Position numbers and translations under genes: made by a program. The notes under the pieces are model-generated. The model ran no database searches. It was not told the origin of the DNA and saw nothing but the letters and a program-made list of their open reading frames with translations. A stretch of DNA of 64,000 nt, from positions 207,638,001-207,702,000 of the forward strand of contig CM059426.1 in the NCBI GenBank assembly GCA_030390025.1, given 5' to 3'. This document shows positions 1 to 12,246 of the stretch, piece by piece. How positions within the stretch are numbered: position 1 is the stretch's first letter; every line of letters begins with the position of its first letter. The stretch comes from Squalus acanthias (taxonomy: Eukaryota).

Positions 1-433
1 TTATACGGAGTAGAATGGGCCTATACTCTCTGGAGTTTAGAAGAATGAGAGGTGATCTCATTGAAACATACAAGATTCTGAGGGGGATTGACAGGGTGGA
101 TGCTGAGATGCTGTTTCCCCTGGCTGGAGAGTCTAGAACTAGGGGGCACAGTCTCAGGATAAGGGGTCGGCCATTTAGGACTGAGATGAGGAGGAATTTC
201 TTCACTCAGAGGGTGGTGAATCTTTGGAATTCTCTACCCCAGAGGGCTGTGGAGGCTCTGTCGTTGAGTATATTCAAGGCTGAGATCGATAGGTTTTTGG
301 ATACTGAGAGAATCAAGGGATATAGGGATAGGGCGGGAAAGTGGAGTTGAGGTCGAAGATCAGCCATGATCTTATTGAATGGTGGAGCAGGCTCGAGGGG
401 CTATGTGGCCGACTCCTGCTCCTAATTCTTATG
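1..433 (+). mobile_element. CR1/HER1-type LINE 3' fragment
   Basis: ORF 15-350 LYSLEFRRMRGDLIETYKIL...RRNFFTQRVVNLWNSLP is the CR1 ORF2 C-terminus, followed by the typical 3' UTR. Confidence 0.92.
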
Positions 434-439
434 AGTCAC

Positions 440-925
440 ACGACAGGTGAGCAAGTGCAGAGCCAGGGAAATGGGAGGAGGAGGAAAGAACAAAAGGAAA
501 GGTCTGTGATACGTTGGAGGGCAGGAGTGAATAAAAAAAGGGTGTGTGGTGCCAGGCAAAAGGGGGCGGTAATGCGACAAGTAAAGAAACAAAAGATGGG
601 TCTGGAGGAAGTGTAAATGGTTACAGCAGAATCATTACCAGAAACTAATACAAAAGCAAAATACTGCAGATGCTGGAAATCTGAAATAAAAACAGAAAAT
701 GCTGGAGATACTCAGCAGGTCAGGCAGCGTCTGTGGAACCTGCTGTCCAAATAATGGGAGCGGCGGTTGTGATCAAAAGTTGTTGAACTCAATGTTGAGG
801 CTGGAAATGCGTAAAGAGCCTAATCGAAAGATGAGGTGCTGTCCCTCGAGCTTACGTTGAGCTTCATTGGAACAGCGTAGGAGGCCGAGGACAGAGAGGT
901 CAGAGTGGGAGGGGAGTGGTGAAAT
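440..925 (-). mobile_element. Penelope-like element fragment (family B), GIY-YIG C-terminus plus 3' region
   Basis: ORF 773-988(-) ends LGLLRCSNEAQRKLEGQHLIFRLGS...LNIEFNNF, a Penelope endonuclease C-terminus. A second 3'-end piece is embedded at about 647-737. Homologous to 40200-40735. Confidence 0.75.
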
Positions 926-1077
926 AATCTCTTCGGCTCCTTCTTGCAGCTGGCCCAGTTTCAGTTCATCCGCCGTTAGTTTACCCACTCAGCACGTGCG
1001 CTGAATTTTCCTTTCCCACACCAACAACAAAAGGGCAGCAGTTTCGCACCAGTCACCTCAACCAGTCTGATTGTGTC

Positions 1078-1542
1078 TGCCACTGGTTCAGTGGGCAGCG
1101 CCCTCGCCTCCGAGTCAGAAGGTTGTGGGTTCAAGTCCCACTCCAGACACTTGAGCACAGTAAATCTAGGTTGACACTCCAGTGCAGTGCTGAGGGAGCG
1201 CTGCACTGTCGGAGGTGCTGTCTTTGGATGAGATGTTAAACCGAGGCCCCGTCTGCCCTCTCAGGTGGACATTAAAGATCACACGGCCACTATTTTGAAG
1301 AAGAGCAGGGGAGTTCTCCCCGGTGACCTGGGGCCAATATTTATCCCTCAATCAACATCACTAAAAACAGATTATCTGGTCATTATCTCATTGCTGTTTG
1401 TGGGAGCTTGCTGTGCGGCTGCCGCGTTTCCTACATTACAACAGTGACTACACTTCAAAAGGTACATCACTGGCTGTAAAGCGCTTTGGGACGTCCGGCG
1501 GTCGTGAAAGGCGCGATATAAATGCAAGTCTTTCTTTCTTCC
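1078..1542 (+). mobile_element. tRNA-derived Deu-domain SINE (SacSINE1/AmnSINE1-like), near full length
   Basis: tRNA-like head (TGGTTCAGTGG ... GGTTCAAGTCC), Deu core GCTGAGGGAGCGCTGCACTGTCGGAGGTGC, tail AAAGGCGCGATATAAATGCAAGT(CTTT)n. Confidence 0.85.
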
Positions 1543-2585
1543 TTGATGCGAAACTCTGACTTTGCAGCTCAGATGAACTCTACGGTCAAGCGGGGGTGGG
1601 TGGGGGGGGGCGGGGGGGGCAAGACTTCGTTCTGAACCACTGCGGAAATTGCTCGATCTGCCCTGGCCTATCTGACACCCTTTGGGGAGACTTCGCTGCT
1701 AACCTGTAACAAATAGCAAACTGCGGTTCTGCCGCGAGTGGTGCCCAGTAAACATTCTTCAGGGGCAGTCAAAGCCTGGGCCCGGACCAATGTGCTGTGA
1801 CATAGGGTGACAGGTTATGGATTTCCCCACTCTCCGCAATTCCGCAGAAAGAGAATTCCCCCCCCAACTCCCCCAGAGGGCAGCAAATCGAGGCGCTATG
1901 TTCTCCAAAAGCAAAGAGGCCACAAGTGGTCGCCATGTTGATCCAACCTGCATTTCCAGTCCCTCCCACTTCTGGCAGCCGGCTTCAGCTGGGAATGTAA
2001 CTTCAGCCGGCACTTGGGACTTGGAGCAGGGGCTTCAAGTGGGAAAAGAGCTTAAAAAAATTAGGGATTCACACAAACAAACATGCAATCATACACATCC
2101 TTAATTGCACAAGTGAAAGCGCATTGTCTTCACAAAGTGATTTTATCAGATATGAAATTGTATTGAAACTACGGTTAACTTGATAAGTCCACAACTCATC
2201 AACACAGAGTGTTCTAGCCAACCGAATCACTTCTCATCTACTTCCATTATATAGAATTACTTCAGTCTGTGCAAATATTTATCTTGCCCTGAGATAACAG
2301 TGTTCAGGGCATTTGAACTTATCATACTTTCTTTTTTTTCCCATCATTTTATCTGAAACAGCGGTTGTCTGCACATCAACTGAAATTTGCATTTAATTTC
2401 CCCTGAGGACGTTTTCCGCTGTTGCCATTTAAAAAGAAAAGAAATGAGAAATCTGATTCGAACAAAGCTTGAGAAAATAAATGTTTTTTTGTACCAGGTG
2501 GCTGGGTTTATTGGTGTTTTGTCAACAGCTGCTTCTCACACATTTCAAGAAACCCCTCTCTCTAAATTCTTCCAGCTGACCCTTA

Positions 2586-3085
2586 AGAACATAAGAAACA
2601 GGAGTCGGCCATTCGACCCTTGAGCCTGTTCCACCATTCAATAAGATCATGGCTGATCTTCGACCTCAACTCCACCTTCCCGCACTATCCCCATACTCCT
2701 TGATTCCCTTAGTATCCAAAAATCTATCGATCTCTGTCTTGAATATACTCAGTGACTGAGCATCCACAGCCCTCTGGGGTAGAGAATTCCAAAGATTCAC
2801 CACCCTCTGAGTGAAGAAATTTCTCCTCATCTCAGTCCTAAATGGCCGACCCCTTATTCAGAGACTGTGACCCTAGTTCTAGCCTCCCCTGTCAGGGGAA
2901 ACATCCTCCCTGCATCTACTCTGTCGAGGCCTCTTAAGAATTGTATATGTTTCATTGAGATCTCATTCTTCTAAACTCTAGGGAATTTAGGCCTAGTCTC
3001 CTCAATCTCTCCTCACAGGACAATCCCCCCATCCCAGGCATCAGTCTGGTGAACGTTCATTGCACTCCCTCCTTAGGTAAGGAGA
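2586..3085 (-). mobile_element. CR1 LINE 3' fragment
   Basis: Reverse complement of the CR1 3' end, starting with the AGAACATA-type tail. Confidence 0.88.
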
Positions 3086-3175
3086 TCTTCAGTTAGAAGT
3101 TTTAGTCGCATCACTTATTAAATTGCCCAGGCCTGCTGATTCAGAATAAACAGCTAATTTTCCTCTAATGGATAA

Positions 3176-3604
3176 AGAAAAATAAAAACTTGCAATTTTA
3201 TAGCGCCTTTTACGACCTCAGGACATCCCAAAGCACCTTACAGCCAATTAAGTACTTTTTGAAGTGTAGTCAAAGTTGTGGGAAACGCAGCAAGCTCCCA
3301 TAAACAGCAAGCAATGAGATAATAACCGGATAATCTGTTTTAGTGATGTTGATTGAGGGATAAATATTGGCCAGGACACCGGGGATAACTCCCCTGCTCT
3401 TCTTCAAAATAGTGTCATGGAATCTTTTACATCCAATTGAGAGCAGACGGGGCTTCGGTTTAATGTCTCATCCGAAAGATGGCACCTTCGACAGTGCAGC
3501 ACTCCCTCAGTCTAGATTTTTGTGCTCAAGTCTCATGGAGTGGGGCTTGAACCCACAACCTTAAGACTCTCAGAGGCAAGAGTGCTACCCACTGAGTCAT
3601 GACT
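3176..3604 (-). mobile_element. Deu-domain SINE
   Basis: Reverse complement of the 1078-1542 family. Confidence 0.83.
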
Positions 3605-3881
3605 GAGACAAAGTAAGTGTGAGTGAAAAGGGGATGTTATCCAACTAGGAAGCGCCCAACAGATTATCCATCTGTGTTTCGCCCAACAGACCCCGACAAA
3701 ATTTGATTTTGTTTTATGTTCATTCATGGGTGTCGCTGGCGAGGCCAGCAGTCTTGCTCCCTATCCTAAATCTCTTACATTTATTCTAGTCCCCTCAATC
3801 ACTGGAAACAGTGTGTTTCTCTCTTCCCTATCCCATCCCTTCATCATTTTAAGCACCTCTGCCAAATCACCTCTTAATCTC

Positions 3882-4259
3882 AAATAACAACAGAAAACGC
3901 TGGAAAAACTCAGCAGGCGGGGCAGCATCTGTGGAGAGAGAAACAGAGTTGACGTTTCAGGTCGAGACCTTTCATCAGAACTGGAAACAGCCGGAAATCA
4001 AACAGATTTAAGGCAAGGATAAAGCTGGGAAAAGGGGGAGGGGATGAAAGAACAAAAGGAGAGATTAAGAGACATTAAGAGACATTAAGAGATATTCAAG
4101 GCAAGAGGTGGTGTTAATGTGACAGGTTGAGGCTGAAAGAAGTGTGAAATGCACTGGCAGAATGAAGGACAGCTGCCAGCTTCTAGGAGGGAAAAAAAAG
4201 GAGGGGGGCAAATAAAAGGGTGGATGAAAAAATAAAATATAAATGTGATTGGGGCTAAG
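3882..4259 (-). mobile_element. Penelope-like family B insertion (tail-less 3' fragment) inside an old CR1 fragment
   Basis: 11-bp TSD CTCTTAATCTC at 3871-3881 and 4260-4270; homologous to 40200-40500; carries a hammerhead motif. Confidence 0.8.
3947..3982 (-). ncRNA. Minimal type I hammerhead ribozyme motif
   Basis: Minus strand reads AGUU-CUGAUGA-A-AGGU(CUCG)ACCU-GAAACGUC-AACU: both catalytic boxes, stems I and II paired, palindromic ACGU stem III, GUC cleavage triplet. Confidence 0.78.
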
Positions 4260-4775
4260 CTCTTAATCTCCTCTGTTCTAATGAGAACTGGCCCAATTTT
4301 TCAAGTCTTTCTTTGTTTTTGCATTTCCTCATACCAGGCAGCATCCGAGTGAATCTGCACAAAAACAGCAGGACTTAAAATAACAACATTTTACTGACCC
4401 CACTGAAATCACAGATTAGAAAGCAATTCGCGTTGACAGATTAGCCGTTTTTTGCTCTTTCTGGATTTCCCGCAGTCAATTGTGACGGCATATTAGCAAT
4501 CAGACTTCTCAAAACTCACTACGCTTTCTGATCTGACGTTATTGGTGGCTATTAATTGTATCTGGCAAATGTCACTGCAGCCGCAAGGGCAACTTTAAAC
4601 ATTGTCAAAAGTGTTTAACGTGGATGTGGATTTTCTGTGTTAAGGCTAATCACATTCTAGTTCACTGAATTTTATTTGGGAACAGAAAATTTTTCACTGA
4701 AATTGTGCCAGGTCTGAACAGAATGTGTCTCCTCAGCTAGTGATAACTCATTGATTCTAGCAAATTTTGTACAAT

Positions 4776-4972
4776 AGCATAGTGGTTATGTTACTGTACT
4801 AGTAATTCACGACACCTGGACTAATGATCCAGAGACGCGGGTTCAAATCCCACCACGGCAGCTGGGGAATTTAAATTCAGTTAATTAAATAAATCTGGAA
4901 TATAAAAGCTAGTACCAGTAATGGTGAGCGTGAAACTACCAGACTGTTGTAAAAACCCAACTGGTTCACTAG
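4776..4972 (+). mobile_element. tRNA-derived SINE family 2, 5' half
   Basis: TAGTGGTTATG head with GGTTCAAATCC B-box; nearly the same sequence recurs from 5193. Confidence 0.75.
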
Positions 4973-5192
4973 GGATATAAGGTACTATTAGAGTGCTCCA
5001 ACTGGGTTGTTGAGAAATGAAGTGATGGTACTGAACTTTCCTTAGAATTGACTTTTCTTACAATATGTAATAAAAATGTGTTTGTTACAAAATGAAAATT
5101 TAATATTTTCTTTGACAGACTGTAAAAAAAATAATCAGTTATGAGGCAACTGTTGGTACAGACAATCATAAAGCCAATAGAGCTTGCAAACG

Positions 5193-6575
5193 GTAGCATA
5201 GTGGTAATGTCACTGGGCTGGTAATCCAGAGGCCTGGACTAATGATCCGGAGACATGTGTTCAAATCCCACCACAACTGGGGAATTCAGTTAATTAAATA
5301 AATCGGGAATGAAAAGCTGGGATCAGTAATAGTAACCATGAAACTATCGGATTGTCGTAAAAACCCATCTGGATCGGTGCTAGGACCCCAGCTATTCACA
5401 ATATATATTAATAATCTAGACGAGGGAACTAGATGTAATATCTCCAAGTTTGCAGACGACACAAAGCTGGGTGGGTGTGTGTGTTGTGAGGAGGATGCAG
5501 AGAAACTCCAGTATGATTTGGACAGGTTGGGTGATATGGCAGATGCAGTATAATGTGGATAAATGTGAGGTTATCCACTTTGGTGGCGAAGGCAGATTAT
5601 TATCTCAACGGCAATAGATTGGGAAAAGGGGAAGTGCAACGAGATCTGGGAGTCCTTGTGCACCAGTCGCTGAAGGGCAGCAGGCGGTTAAGAAGGCAAA
5701 TGGTATGTTGGCCTTCATAGCGAGAGGATTCGAGTACAGGAGCAAGGATGTCTTGCTGCAGTTGTACAAGGCCTTGGTGAGACCACACCTTGAGTATTGT
5801 GTGCAGTTTTGGTCGCCTTATCTGAGGAAGGATGTTCTTGCCATGGAGGGAGTGCAGCGAAGATTTACCAGACTGATGGCAGGAATGACGTATGAAGAGA
5901 GATTGGGTCGATTAGGCTTATATTCACGAGAGTTTAGAAGAATGAGAGGGGATCTCATTGAAACTTATAAAATTCTAACAGGACTAGACAGACTAGATGC
6001 AGGAAGGATGTTCCCGATGGTCGGGGTGTCCAGAACCAGGGGCCACAGTCTAAGGGTAAGGGGCAAGCCATTTAGGACTGAGATGAGATGGAATTTCTTC
6101 ACCCAGAGAGTGGTGAACCTGTGGAATTCTCTACCACAGAAGGCAGTTGAGGCCAATTCAAGAAGGAGATAGATATATTTCTTAAGGCTAGAGGGATCAA
6201 GGGATATGGGGAGAAAGTAGGGACAGGGTACTGAATTTGGATGATCAGCCATGATCTCATTAAATGGCAGAGCAGGCTCGAGGGGCCGAATGGCCTACTC
6301 CTGCTCCTATCTTCTATGTTTCTATGGTTCACTAATGTCCTTTAGGGAAGGAAATCTGCCGTCCTTACCTGGTCTGGGCCTATATGTGACTCCAGACCCA
6401 CAGCAATGTGGTTGACTCTTAACTGCCCTCTGAAATGGCCGAGCAAACCGATCAGTTAAGTTACGACAAAGTCAGCACTCTGGGAGTACCTTCACCACAC
6501 GGACTGCAGCGGTTCAAGAAGGCGGCTCACCACCACCTTCTCAAGGGCAATTAGGGGTGGGCAATAAATGTCCTG
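5193..6575 (+). mobile_element. tRNA-derived SINE family 2, full length, interrupted by a CR1 insertion
   Basis: Breaks at AAACCCATCTGG (5372) and resumes GGTTCACTAATG (6326). Its 3' tail matches the LINE 3' ends at 18335-18710, 32755-33170 and 56100-56290. Confidence 0.78.
5372..6325 (+). mobile_element. CR1 LINE, young subfamily, 5'-truncated
   Basis: [14 protein letters not shown]...KFADDTKLGG RT motifs, ORF 5705-6172, TTCTATGT tail; very similar to 12836-15138 and 58965-60437. Confidence 0.93.
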
Positions 6576-7680
6576 TTAACGAATATATGTAAAAAAATAT
6601 TGAATTGTTGGTTTAATTTACTTAAGAGGTCAATGTGGTCTGATCCCTAATCGAGTTGTCTGTCTTTGATGTGAAAAGATTGGCTCCACTTTATAGATTT
6701 TTGTATGATCGGCAGACATTTGTCAGTTGTCTTATCTTAACTGTTGTTAATTGCTCATTAAATATTAATACCTTCTTCCAAACTGGGTGGGGAAAGGCAG
6801 AACAGTGGAGCTTGGGCAGGAGGACAGGCAGTTTTTGCTTTGCAAACACAGTGCGGTAATTCTGACTTTGTGCAATAGCGTTAAACAGGTGGTAACGAAT
6901 CGGCAGATCGTTTTCCATCTCTCCCCATTTTCATTTCCATCGACATCCTAGAAGTGGGGCTCGAACCCACAACCTGCTGATTGTCGAGGTGAGAGTGCCA
7001 TCACCAAGCCAAGATGACGCTTAGGTTTCGTTGCCTGCCTGAGAGATATGAGCGGTGTTATTTTCCTGCTTTGCGTTTGTGTCTTCACGGGCGAGGGTGT
7101 ACATAGGAAATTGTGATACGCAACTTTACGGACACTTAAAATAATGGTTGGAAAATCCGATGTGCATTATCCCTGCTTGGGAAAGTTGGGAAGTTTCACC
7201 TGAGTTGATGCATAAGAAGTAAAAGAAGACATGACAGACTGTTCATAAACTGAACTTTGTTCAGCAGATATTAGATACTCTTATGAAAGGTAATTGACCC
7301 TTTATAGAATTTGTCACAGATAGTATATTTACATATATTGCCCTTTAAGGATCTGACCACTATTGAGCTTCATCATAGAAACTTGCAGCACAGAAGGAGG
7401 TCATTCGGCCCGTCGTGCCTGTGCTGGCTCTTTGAAAGAGCAGTCATGCATTGTCCCCCCCCCATCCCCGCTTTTTGTCCGTAACCCTGTAAGTTCCTCA
7501 TCCTCCAGGACCTGTCCAACTCCCTTTTAAAATTATTCATGGAATCAGCTTCCACCACCTTTTCAGGTAGAGTGTTCCAGATCACGACAACTCACTGAAT
7601 GAAAAGATTTCTCCTCATCTCCCCTCCATAACTTTTGCCAATGATTTTAAATCTATGACCTCTGGTTATTGACTATCTCG

Positions 7681-8093
7681 AGAGGTCGCACAACACCAGG
7701 TTATAGTCCAACAGTTTTATTTTAAATCACAAGCTTTCGGAGTTACAACTCCTTCGTCAGGTGAAGTGAGGAGATACAGAATCGTCAAAGCATATATAGA
7801 TAGAGAACAATGCATGTGTAACTTACAATTGCAGACAACTGAATTCAATCATCCTGACTGTTTATCTGCCGAGGTGTGATAAAGTTGAATTCAGTTGTCT
7901 GCAATTGTAAGTTACACATGCATTGTTCTCTATCTATATATGCTTTGACGATTCTGTATCTCCTCACTTCACCTGACGAAGGAGTTGTAACTCCGAAAGC
8001 TTGTGATTTAAAATAAAACTGTTGGACTATAACCTGGTGTTGTGCGACCTCTCAATTTTGTCCACCCCAGTCCAACACCGGCATCTCCGCATC
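7681..8093. mobile_element. Penelope-like family A fold-back insertion (inverted pLTR plus 3' tail)
   Basis: Arms 7680-7848 and 7885-8053 (169 bp, no mismatch seen), 36-nt spacer, 40-nt unpaired tail, 12-bp TSD TTGACTATCTCG at 7669-7680 and 8094-8105. Confidence 0.88.
7969..8006 (+). ncRNA. Minimal hammerhead ribozyme motif (mirror copy on minus strand 7727-7764)
   Basis: UCAC-CUGACGA-A-GGAGU(UGUA)ACUCC-GAAAGCUU-GUGA. Confidence 0.75.
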
Positions 8094-8999
8094 TTGACTA
8101 TCTCGCCATAGGGAATAGTTTTTCTCTGTCCTCTCTATCAAAACTTCTCATTATCTTGAAAGCCTCTATTAGGTCACCTCTTAACCTTCTCTGTTCCAAG
8201 GAGAACAGTCCTAACTTTTCCAACCTCTCCTCATGAATGAAGTCCCTCATCCCTGGTAACGTCCTGGTAAACCTCCTCTGTACCCTTTCTAAGGCCTTTA
8301 CATCTTTCCTGAGGTAAGTGTGGTGAAAGGATAGTAACCCATTGCTTTTTTAACCACCTTATCAACTTGCCCGGCCATCTTTAAGGATTTGTGTATATGG
8401 ACACCAAAGTCTCTCTGCTCATCTACACTTTTCAAAATCGTGCCATTTATAGTGTAATGTCTTTCCATATTAGTCCTCCCAAAGTGCATCACTTCACACT
8501 TCTCCACATTGAATTCCATCTGCCATGCTTATGCCGAATTAACCATCCTGCCTCTGTCATCCTGAAGTCTACAACTATCCTCATCATTAACTATTCATAT
8601 TGCTGCTTAATTTGTAAACAAAAAGATATTAGTTGCTTCAGTCTGTGACCTTCTGGCCTGTCTGGTAATATCTGCCAATTCAAAGAGAGTTTGACAGTGC
8701 ATCACAATCGGTGTTAATCCATTGCTACACACAAGGCAATTGTTAACCCTTCAGATCTGTGCCCTGCGCAGGCAGGAACACCGCATTTGGATTGTGTTAC
8801 AATTTTGGGAATCGCAGTTACATAAGAACATAAAAATTAGGAGCAGGAGTAGGTCATACGGCCCCTCGAGCCTGCTCCACCATTCAATAAGATCATGGCT
8901 GATCTTCGCCCTTAACTCCACTTTCCTGCCCGATCTCCATATCCCTTGATTCCCCGAGAGTCCAAAAATCTATCTATCTCAACCTTGAATATACTCAAT

Positions 9000-11230
9000 G
9001 GGCTCGATTTTGCCAGGCCCGAGGAGGCGGGATTGGAGGCGTGTGAGGTGTTAAAAATGCAAAAAATGGCGTGCGGGCCCGATCCCACCTCCATCCCGCC
9101 TCCGAGCAATTTTCCCAGAATCGGGGTTTCAGACCCCGTTTCCATCCCGCCTCCAAGAGGTGGGATAGGCCCTTAAGGCCCTTAACAACCACTTAATTGC
9201 CTCTATAATCCAATTTTGAGAGGCCTTTCTGATTTTTAGACATTTCCCCCATCCTACATGCCTCCTCTGGAACATGCCAGGTAATGCTGGTGGCCTCACA
9301 AGTGGATTGCTTAGTAACAGCTGCAGCTTCACCATTAAAAAGGAGTTTTCAGCAATCATCATTTGCAGATGGCAGAACTTTGTTGTCTCAGGTTTGGGGG
9401 AACTTTTAACAGGCCTACTCATTGTTGTGGAAGTTTGGAGCCTGAGACCCATCTCCAGTGTGTCCTCCTGGGAAACCCCTCTCCCCACCTTGACTGAGCG
9501 CTTCCTCAACTGAGGTATATACCAGAAGCATGGGAACCATTTATTTCCTTTCCTCCTGAACATCAGATTCGGACGAAGACCAGCCATGGCAGCAGCAGAA
9601 CCATGAACAACAGCACCACCAACAGCAGCAGCAACAACAGGAGCGCCAAGCTGCTGCTCACCCACCTGAAACTGCACAGGCCAGAAGGCGCCAGAGCGCG
9701 ACCACATTGCTGCCCGGGATGCAAGGGATGCACTCATGTTGGCCAGATTTGCTTAGCCTGCACAATCAAACACTTGTCTGGCACCTTCTTCTGGATGGAC
9801 CCGGAGGCACAGGGTCGACATGCAGCTGAGCCGAGCTGGCAGAGTCCTGCGCCCTCCGACGAGGACTCTCCACTGCTGTCCCTGTCTCCACCATCTACTG
9901 ATGCTCACTTGTGAGCTGTAATACACCAGGTGACAACACTACACTATCTCGCGAAGGTCCCACCGAGGTGTGAGTGTCTGCGCTGGTGCTGGGTGCGCTG
10001 AATTCTGCTGATGCTGCGCCCTCAGAGGTTGCAGCTTCCTCTGTGGAGTCTGGAAGCTCAGGCTCTTCCTCCTGAACAGTGGGGACGGGGGCTTTTGATG
10101 GTCCTGTGGGGGAGTAAAGGAAAGAGTTAGAGATGTGAGGTCAAAGTTACATGCACATTGAATAATGCAGATGATCATAAGTCAATCTGTTGGAGCATTA
10201 GATTCATTACCAATGACTCATGCAATGTCAATGAGAGAGATGCCAAACTATTCTGTCACCAGCTTGCTGTGATGCGCCCGTCTGTCCGTCCCCCACTTGG
10301 GAATCCTCCTCGATCCCTGCGATTTCCAGGGCCGCCTCCTCCCAGGCGGTGAGCTGGGCTACTGAGGGTGGCCCTCCTCCTGTCATGGCTCTTTCCCTCT
10401 TATTGTGGGCTCTCTTTTCCTGCAATATGGGACACAAGTGGAGTTTGAGTGAGAATGAAGGAGTGAGTGTAGAGAATGCATAGCATAGATGCTTTGAAGG
10501 AGACAAAGGGCCCTCCCTGTGTGTTGTAAGTTGTTGTTGTTGTTGCATTACAGTGATAGGAAGTGTGAGGGCTACATGGTCGAATAGTTAAGTGAGTGTG
10601 ACCAGAGAGAGAGAGGCAATGGGTAAGGGTGCAGGGATGTGAGTGTCAAGTGGGATGTGGAGGAAGAGGTTAGCAAAGCAGAGTGCTGGTGAGTAGAGGC
10701 GCTGGGGATCAGATTGAGGGAGATGGGAAAGTCATACTCACTTTTCCTGTGCGGAGAAGGTCATGAAACCTCTTCCTGCACTGCAGCCAGGTTCTGCGGC
10801 TCATCAATATGGAGTTGACCTCCTCGGCCACTTGCAGCCACACAGCTTTAGTCTGCTGGGGTGGCTTTTTTCTCCCTGAGGAAGGGAAGAGCACCTCCTT
10901 ATTCGATCTTGCGCCCTTCACCAGAGCTTGGAGGGAGGGCTCATCGAAGCGTGGAGCACACTTTTGCTTGCTGGTGGACATAGTCGATCAATGAATTACT
11001 TACTACAATCACCATAAGGTTTGCAGTCTCCAGAAGAAGCATTGATGACGCCATCGGAGGCGACTTTCTGTATGAAAAGACTCATTGGGCCAGGGGTTTC
11101 CACACGCAGGAAATCAATTGCCCAATTAGGGGAAAATCGCACTTTTTCTCCACTTCACTTCGGAGTCGGGGTCCTGACACAAATGCCACCTGACACGCCC
11201 CAGCCCGCCCACACTGGCAAAACCGAGCCC
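9000..11230. mobile_element. Non-autonomous PIF/Harbinger transposon (internal deletion derivative)
   Basis: 17-bp TIRs GGGCTCG(A/G)TTTTGCCAG, 3-bp TSD AAT/AAA, Myb/SANT gene on the minus strand, no DDE domain visible. Confidence 0.87.
9895..10981 (-). CDS. Three-exon Harbinger Myb/SANT-like DNA-binding protein gene (about 202 aa to a probable premature TAG)
   Basis: Exon1 10981-10742 (APRFDEPSLQALV...AVWLQVAEEVNS...RRTWLQCRKRFHDL, donor GTGAGT); exon2 10419-10260 (EKRAHNKRERAMTGGGPP); exon3 10103-9898. All GT-AG with compatible phases; TAG at 9897-9895. Confidence 0.75.
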
Positions 11231-12047
11231 AAAGACTCAGCATCCACAGCCCTTTGGGGCAGAGAATTCCAAAGATTCACAACCCTCTGAGTGAAGAAAT
11301 TCCTCCTCATCTCAGTCTTAAATGGCCGACCCCTGATCCTGAGACTGTGACCCCTGGTTCTAAACTCTCCAGTTGGACCATTGAGAGAAAAGCTGGTTTG
11401 GTAAAAACCCAAAACTGCAGCATATTGTCATTTATAAATTGAGCTTGAGTTAATTCAAACGGGTTACTGCTAGCCATCTTCTGTCTTCGGTTTGATTGAC
11501 ATGAGGTCAATGAGTTTAAGTTGTGTTCATGTTATTGTGTCCTTTGTGGTTTTCAATAATTAACTACCTTCACTTTTCATTGAAACAGAAAGGCTTCAGT
11601 GATGGTAGAAAGGTGTATTTAACGTTTTCCTGTTGGTTGATATTTCTGACTGATTGACGGGATGTTGAATGTGGGTATTGATTGCCACACGTTACCACAC
11701 TGTCCTTTCACCTCTGAGGCCAGGGTTCTAACACAACTGGGAGTGCTGGGGTGAAAGTTCCTTCCCTTACCTAGCTGTTAGTTGGTATTCAATGGTAATT
11801 GGGGTTGATTTTGACTGACTGTGCCTGGCGGTAATAGCATCAAAATGGGGTCAGTAGCCTTACCGTCCAATTAACTGTGACGTGGCCGGCTCCCCTTTGA
11901 AAGGAGGCCGCCTGTTTCAGGAGTTAGATAATAATATGACGTAAATAGGACCCCAATTGCCATTTTAGGTTGGAACTGGGCCTGATGGAACTGAAGAGGC
12001 CTGCCACAGGTAAGTGTCGAATTATATTCTGGGCCCCACTCCTCGTC

Positions 12048-12246
12048 NNNNNNNNNNNNNNNNNNNNNNNNNNNNNNNNNNNNNNNNNNNNNNNNNNNNN
12101 NNNNNNNNNNNNNNNNNNNNNNNNNNNNNNNNNNNNNNNNNNNNNNNNNNNNNNNNNNNNNNNNNNNNNNNNNNNNNNNNNNNNNNNNNNNNNNNNNNNN
12201 NNNNNNNNNNNNNNNNNNNNNNNNNNNNNNNNNNNNNNNNNNNNNN
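12048..12246. other. Assembly gap (run of N)
   Basis: About 199 consecutive N. Confidence 0.99.

Larger units (their letters stand above)
7373..8590 (-). mobile_element. CR1 LINE fragment interrupted by a Penelope palindrome
   Basis: ORFs 8298-8519(-) MEFNVEKCEVMHFG and 7373-7585(-) WNTLPEKVVEA. Confidence 0.88.
8820..11371 (-). mobile_element. CR1 3' fragment split by the Harbinger element (pieces 8820-8999 and 11231-11371)
   Basis: GAATATACTCAAT | GACTCAGCATCCACAGCC rejoins to the contiguous CR1 sequence seen at about 2741-2780. Confidence 0.85.

Noticed and set aside
1078-1150. tRNA genes at SINE heads (also 19710, 57095, 62835)
   Set aside because: A/B boxes run straight into SINE bodies; no complete cloverleaf or terminator.
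11690-11790. LF-SINE-like head (CCTTTCACCTCT...GGGTTC)
   Set aside because: Match too short and degenerate to assign without a search.
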